Shown here: in pieces, positions 60,501-64,000 of the stretch
Position numbering within the stretch: position 1 is the first letter of the stretch
Layout of the letters: the number at the start of each line of letters is the position of its first letter
Source of the DNA: Treponemataceae bacterium
Lineage (GTDB): Bacteria; Spirochaetota; Spirochaetia; Treponematales; Rectinemataceae
DNA length: 64,000 bases
Assembly: GCA_963667725.2 (NCBI GenBank)
Contig: CAXXHO010000005.1
Coordinates: 1,056,001 to 1,120,000 of the forward strand
Reading direction: 5' to 3'
Notes under the pieces: generated by a model
Database searches by the model: none
The model's input: the letters and a program-made list of their open reading frames with translations, nothing else
What the model was told of the DNA's origin: nothing
Made by a program: the position numbers and the translations under genes

Positions 60501-60858
60501 TTGCGGCGGAACCTGCGAAACCAATCTCGTCTATGCTTGTTCGGGGGCGGCCAATACAGGCCTTCTGGCGGATCAGGTCATGAGGACCCTCAATCGCGAA
60601 GGGGTGGCCGACTCTACCTGCCTCGCGGCTATGGGTGCCGATCTCTCCGGCTTTCTGGAATCGGCCAGGAACGCGACACGAAACATCGTCCTCGATGGCT
60701 GCAAGGTTTCGTGCGGGAAAAGGATTTTCGAGAAGAACGGGATTCCCTATACACAGTTCGTCATGACCGATTTCGGCGTGGAGAAGGGTAAGACAAAAAT
60801 CACCGGCGATCTGGTCGATTCGATAGCCGCGAGCATCGGCGAGAAGGTAAGGGCATGA
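60490..60858 (+). CDS. DGC-domain (putative zinc-binding) protein
   Basis: YACSGAANTG, CLA and LDGC..SC motifs. Confidence 0.85.
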   Translation: MPCNCGGTCETNLVYACSGAANTGLLADQVMRTLNREGVADSTCLAAMGADLSGFLESARNATRNIVLDGCKVSCGKRIFEKNGIPYTQFVMTDFGVEKGKTKITGDLVDSIAASIGEKVRA

Positions 60859-62039
60859 GCTCGAAAGAATGGTCTCCGAATAAAAAACTGATCCTTGTCT
60901 TTGGCGTCTTTCTCGCCGCCTATTTCATCCCCTTCGAGGCGCCGCGCGTCCTTGGGGCGACGAACGAGGCCTTCCTCATGCTGGGCGAGTACGCACGCCA
61001 GCATGTACTTCTCTGCCTAGTGCCCGCCATGTTCATCGCGGGCGCCATCACCGTTTTCCTCAACCAGCAGGCGGTGATGCGCTACCTGGGGCCGGACGCC
61101 AACCGCTTCGTCGCCTATGGCGTGGCATCGGTTTCCGGCGCTATCCTGGCTGTCTGTTCCTGCACGGTGCTGCCCATATTCAAGGGAATCTACAAGAAGG
61201 GCGCCGGCCTCGGCCCGGCTGTAGCCTTTCTTTATTCGGGTCCGGCGATCAATATTCTCGCGATCGTGCTCTCCGCCAAGGTGTTCGGCTGGAAGCTCGG
61301 CGTCGCGAGGACGGCAGGCGCCATTGTCTTCTCCGTGGTGATCGGCCTAATGATGGCTCTCATTTTCCGCAAGGATGACGCCAAACGAGCCGCTGATGCC
61401 CGGATGTTTACCGCGCCCGGCGAAAAGCCCTCTCGCAGCCTCGGCCAGATGATTGTCTACATGGCGAGCATGATCGGCATACTCGTCTTCGTGAACTGGG
61501 CCAGTTCCAAGGGAGGAAGCTCCGTATGGGACGCCATTTTCGCGGCGAAATACTGGATCACGGGCGCCTTCGCCCTTGTCCTTGCCTACACGGTGATCCG
61601 CTGGTTCAACAAGGACGAAAGGGTGGAATGGGTGGTCGCGACCCGCGATTTCTCGCTCCAGATCCTTCCCCTGCTCTTCGGCGGCGTCCTCGTCTCGGGC
61701 TTCCTTCTCGGACGTCCCGGCCATGACGCGCTTATCCCGAGCGCATGGATAGCAAGCCTTCTCGGAGGCAATTCCTTTTTCGCGAATTTCGCGGCCTCCT
61801 TCGCGGGAGCCCTCATGTATTTCGCCACCCTCACCGAGATCCCCATAGTACAGGGGCTCCTGGGCGCGGGCATGGGGCAGGGGCCGGCGCTGGCCCTTCT
61901 TCTCGCGGGGCCGAGCCTTTCCCTGCCCTCGATTCTCGTCATATCGGGCGAACTGGGCTGGAAGAAAACGATAGTATATGTTGTGCTCGTCGTGGGTCTC
62001 TCGACGGCAGCCGGACTAGCCTTCGGGGCGATAGCCTGA
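60855..62039 (+). CDS. ArsP/DUF318-family permease
   Basis: AVCSCTVLP, FLYSGPAIN, YFATLTEIP and GPSLSLP motifs. Confidence 0.85.
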   Translation: MSSKEWSPNKKLILVFGVFLAAYFIPFEAPRVLGATNEAFLMLGEYARQHVLLCLVPAMFIAGAITVFLNQQAVMRYLGPDANRFVAYGVASVSGAILAVCSCTVLPIFKGIYKKGAGLGPAVAFLYSGPAINILAIVLSAKVFGWKLGVARTAGAIVFSVVIGLMMALIFRKDDAKRAADARMFTAPGEKPSRSLGQMIVYMASMIGILVFVNWASSKGGSSVWDAIFAAKYWITGAFALVLAYTVIRWFNKDERVEWVVATRDFSLQILPLLFGGVLVSGFLLGRPGHDALIPSAWIASLLGGNSFFANFAASFAGALMYFATLTEIPIVQGLLGAGMGQGPALALLLAGPSLSLPSILVISGELGWKKTIVYVVLVVGLSTAAGLAFGAIA

Positions 62040-62059
62040 TCGTGGCCTCGGCGGGGTAA

Positions 62060-62455
62060 ATGGGGAATATCATGAAGATAAAAGCCGGGATATGTATTTT
62101 ACTGTTCATCGTCGTGACTGGGGGCGTTGGGCCGCTGTCGGCCCAGACGGCAACGCTCAGCCCTCAGAAACCCATCGTTACCTTCATCGAACTCGGTTCG
62201 GTGAATTGTATCCCCTGCAAGGCCATGCAGCCGATAATGGAGGAAGTGCGAAATAAATACCCTGGCCAAGTCAGAGTGATATTCCACGATGTATGGACGC
62301 CCAAGGGCCAACCCTATGGCCAGTTTTTCAAGATCAAGGTAATCCCGACCCAGATATTCCTGGATAAAAATGGCAAGGAGTATTTCCGCCACGAAGGATT
62401 CTTTCCTGCCGAGGAGCTGTACAAGATTCTCGCCAAGGGTGGCGTGAAGCTGTGA
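62060..62455 (+). CDS. Exported thioredoxin-family protein
   Basis: ELGSVNCIPC and IPTQ motifs; signal peptide. Confidence 0.88.
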   Translation: MGNIMKIKAGICILLFIVVTGGVGPLSAQTATLSPQKPIVTFIELGSVNCIPCKAMQPIMEEVRNKYPGQVRVIFHDVWTPKGQPYGQFFKIKVIPTQIFLDKNGKEYFRHEGFFPAEELYKILAKGGVKL

Positions 62456-63147
62456 TCACAGCCATCGTTAGCACGATAACCGGCGCGTTCTCCCATCCCT
62501 CCATTTGGGCCTTCGCCGCGGCTCTGCTTTGGGGTGTTCTCAGCGTATTGCTGAGCCCCTGCCACCTGGGGGCTATTCCCCTTATCGTCGCTTATGTAAA
62601 CGAAGGTAAAAGGCCCGACCGTCGGAAAGCCTTTTTTTTCTCCTTACTTTTCTCGCTTGGGCTATTGGCTATGCTAGCCGTCGTCGGCGTCGCGACGAGC
62701 GCGGCGGGGCGGCTTCTGGGAGATGTCGGACGAAGCTTGACGATTGCGATAAGCCTTTTTCTGGTTCTTTGCGGTCTATGGCTCATGGATATCCCTCCTT
62801 TTTCGAAAATATCGTTCTCTTTCAACGTAATGCCAGAGCGCCGGGGTCCCTTAGGCGCATTCATTCTGGGACTTGTTTATGGCGTTATTCTCGGCCCTTG
62901 TACCTTTGCTTTTCTTGCCCCGATGCTCGGCTTTGTGTTTTCGGCAGGCCGCGGTGAAGTCGCTTTCGGCATTTCCCTCATGATTTTTTATGCCGCTGGA
63001 CACACGTTTGCCATCGTCGCGGCGGGAACTTTCGGCGACTATGTGGGGGAATTATTGAGAAAAAGAGGTACTGGCACGGCAGGGATATGGTTTAAGCGCT
63101 TTTGCGGGCTCATTGTCGCTGTCGCCGGCGTTCTGCAAATCGTATAG
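62452..63147 (+). CDS. CcdA/DsbD-beta transmembrane electron transporter
   Basis: LSPCHL and GPCTF motifs in TM helices. Confidence 0.88.
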   Translation: MITAIVSTITGAFSHPSIWAFAAALLWGVLSVLLSPCHLGAIPLIVAYVNEGKRPDRRKAFFFSLLFSLGLLAMLAVVGVATSAAGRLLGDVGRSLTIAISLFLVLCGLWLMDIPPFSKISFSFNVMPERRGPLGAFILGLVYGVILGPCTFAFLAPMLGFVFSAGRGEVAFGISLMIFYAAGHTFAIVAAGTFGDYVGELLRKRGTGTAGIWFKRFCGLIVAVAGVLQIV

Positions 63148-63249
63148 GAAATTCCGCGTTATTATAAAAATTGTTCCGCTATAGGAAATCCGTTTTTAAT
63201 TTGACGGGCTACGCATCTGGATATATACCTAGATCATCGAGGTATTGTC

Positions 63250-63606
63250 TTGAAATGTATTGACTATACTGCCGAATGCTATTGGGATAGCATCCTGAAT
63301 TCCAGCCTCTGCAAGTTTTTCATTCTCAGTGCTTTAACTGACGGCCCGGCGCATGGATATGAGATCATACATCGCGTAGACAGAATCACCAAAAGCTTTT
63401 GCATCCCAACCCAAGGTACTATTTACCCAGTCCTGCGCGAGTTCCTCGACTGCGGCTGCTTAATATGCTCACAAGAGATCGTTCACGGTCGTACCAGAAA
63501 AATATATGCGCTGACAGCAAAAGGTTATGAGGCATACGAAATTGCGGTCGACATGTGGCAACGCGGAATGTGCTGTGTCGCCAGCGTGATCGCCAGGAAG
63601 GAGTAG
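63250..63606 (+). CDS. PadR-family regulator (Cys-rich)
   Basis: HGYEI, GTIYPVL and RKIYALTAKG motifs. Confidence 0.85.
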   Translation: MKCIDYTAECYWDSILNSSLCKFFILSALTDGPAHGYEIIHRVDRITKSFCIPTQGTIYPVLREFLDCGCLICSQEIVHGRTRKIYALTAKGYEAYEIAVDMWQRGMCCVASVIARKE

Positions 63607-63680
63607 GCCCGCGTTCTCCGCTTCTTAATGAATTATTAAGCCGTTTGGCTTTTAAAAAGTTTCATTATTCGGGAGGTTCT

Positions 63681-64000
63681 ATGAAAAAGCTGGTCTCCGT
63701 GGGAGCATTGCTGGTGTTCGGGTGTATGCTCGTAACCGCGCAGATGCCGGAAAACATTTATGGGCGCACGGCCCAGGGACAAAACGGCGTTGTATCAGCC
63801 GCGAAGCCCGAGGCTTCGCGAATCGGCGCCGAGGTTCTGAAAAAGGGCGGTAACGCGGTGGATGCCGCTGTTGCCACAGCCTTCGCCCTTGGCGTTCTGG
63901 AGCCGAACTCTTCAGGACTCGGCGGCGGCGGATTTATGACCATAAAGATGGCGAATATGGACGAAGCCGTGGTCATCGATTTCCGTGAAACCGCACCAGC
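63681..64000 (+). CDS. ggt: Gamma-glutamyltranspeptidase, N-terminal part (runs off the window end)
   Basis: Manual translation: signal peptide, then GGNAVDAAVATAFALGVLEPNSSGLGGGGF..IDFRETAP. Confidence 0.9.
   Translation, partial: MKKLVSVGALLVFGCMLVTAQMPENIYGRTAQGQNGVVSAAKPEASRIGAEVLKKGGNAVDAAVATAFALGVLEPNSSGLGGGGFMTIKMANMDEAVVIDFRETAP

Noticed and set aside
59205..63147. Selenoprotein read-through in the redox cluster
   Set aside because: Catalytic positions are Cys codons; no in-frame TGA at a motif position was noticed

Overview
GC-rich bacterial chromosome segment. The gene repertoire resembles an anaerobic Spirochaetales-like organism, which is an inference. It carries plant cell-wall and peptide catabolism genes: a tripartite tricarboxylate transporter, a PL9-type pectate lyase with a CBM, GH127, Xaa-Pro peptidases, a HypD-type glycyl radical enzyme with its activase, araD/araBA with a sugar ABC transporter, and a TRAP transporter. 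It also carries proBA, ilvC/ilvBN with twin leader-peptide attenuators, and an arsenic/thiol-redox cluster. A ~15 kb lower-GC defence island (about 24.9-40.06 kb, all on the minus strand) splits the arabinose regulon. Its gene order is type III res, AlbA_2/Schlafen-ATPase-wHTH, type III mod, a very AT-rich 1710-aa fusion protein, and a RelE-like-UvrD helicase. The 1710-aa protein is the most striking feature: AEP primase-polymerase, Cys-rich PriL/PriCT-like domain, reverse transcriptase (YVDD), HEAT-like repeats, a degenerate kinase-like region and C-terminal hydrophobic helices. It is a candidate undescribed RT/primase anti-phage system nested in an R-M locus. No rRNA, tRNA, CRISPR array, integrase or transposase was recognised. 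All assignments come from motif reading without database searches.
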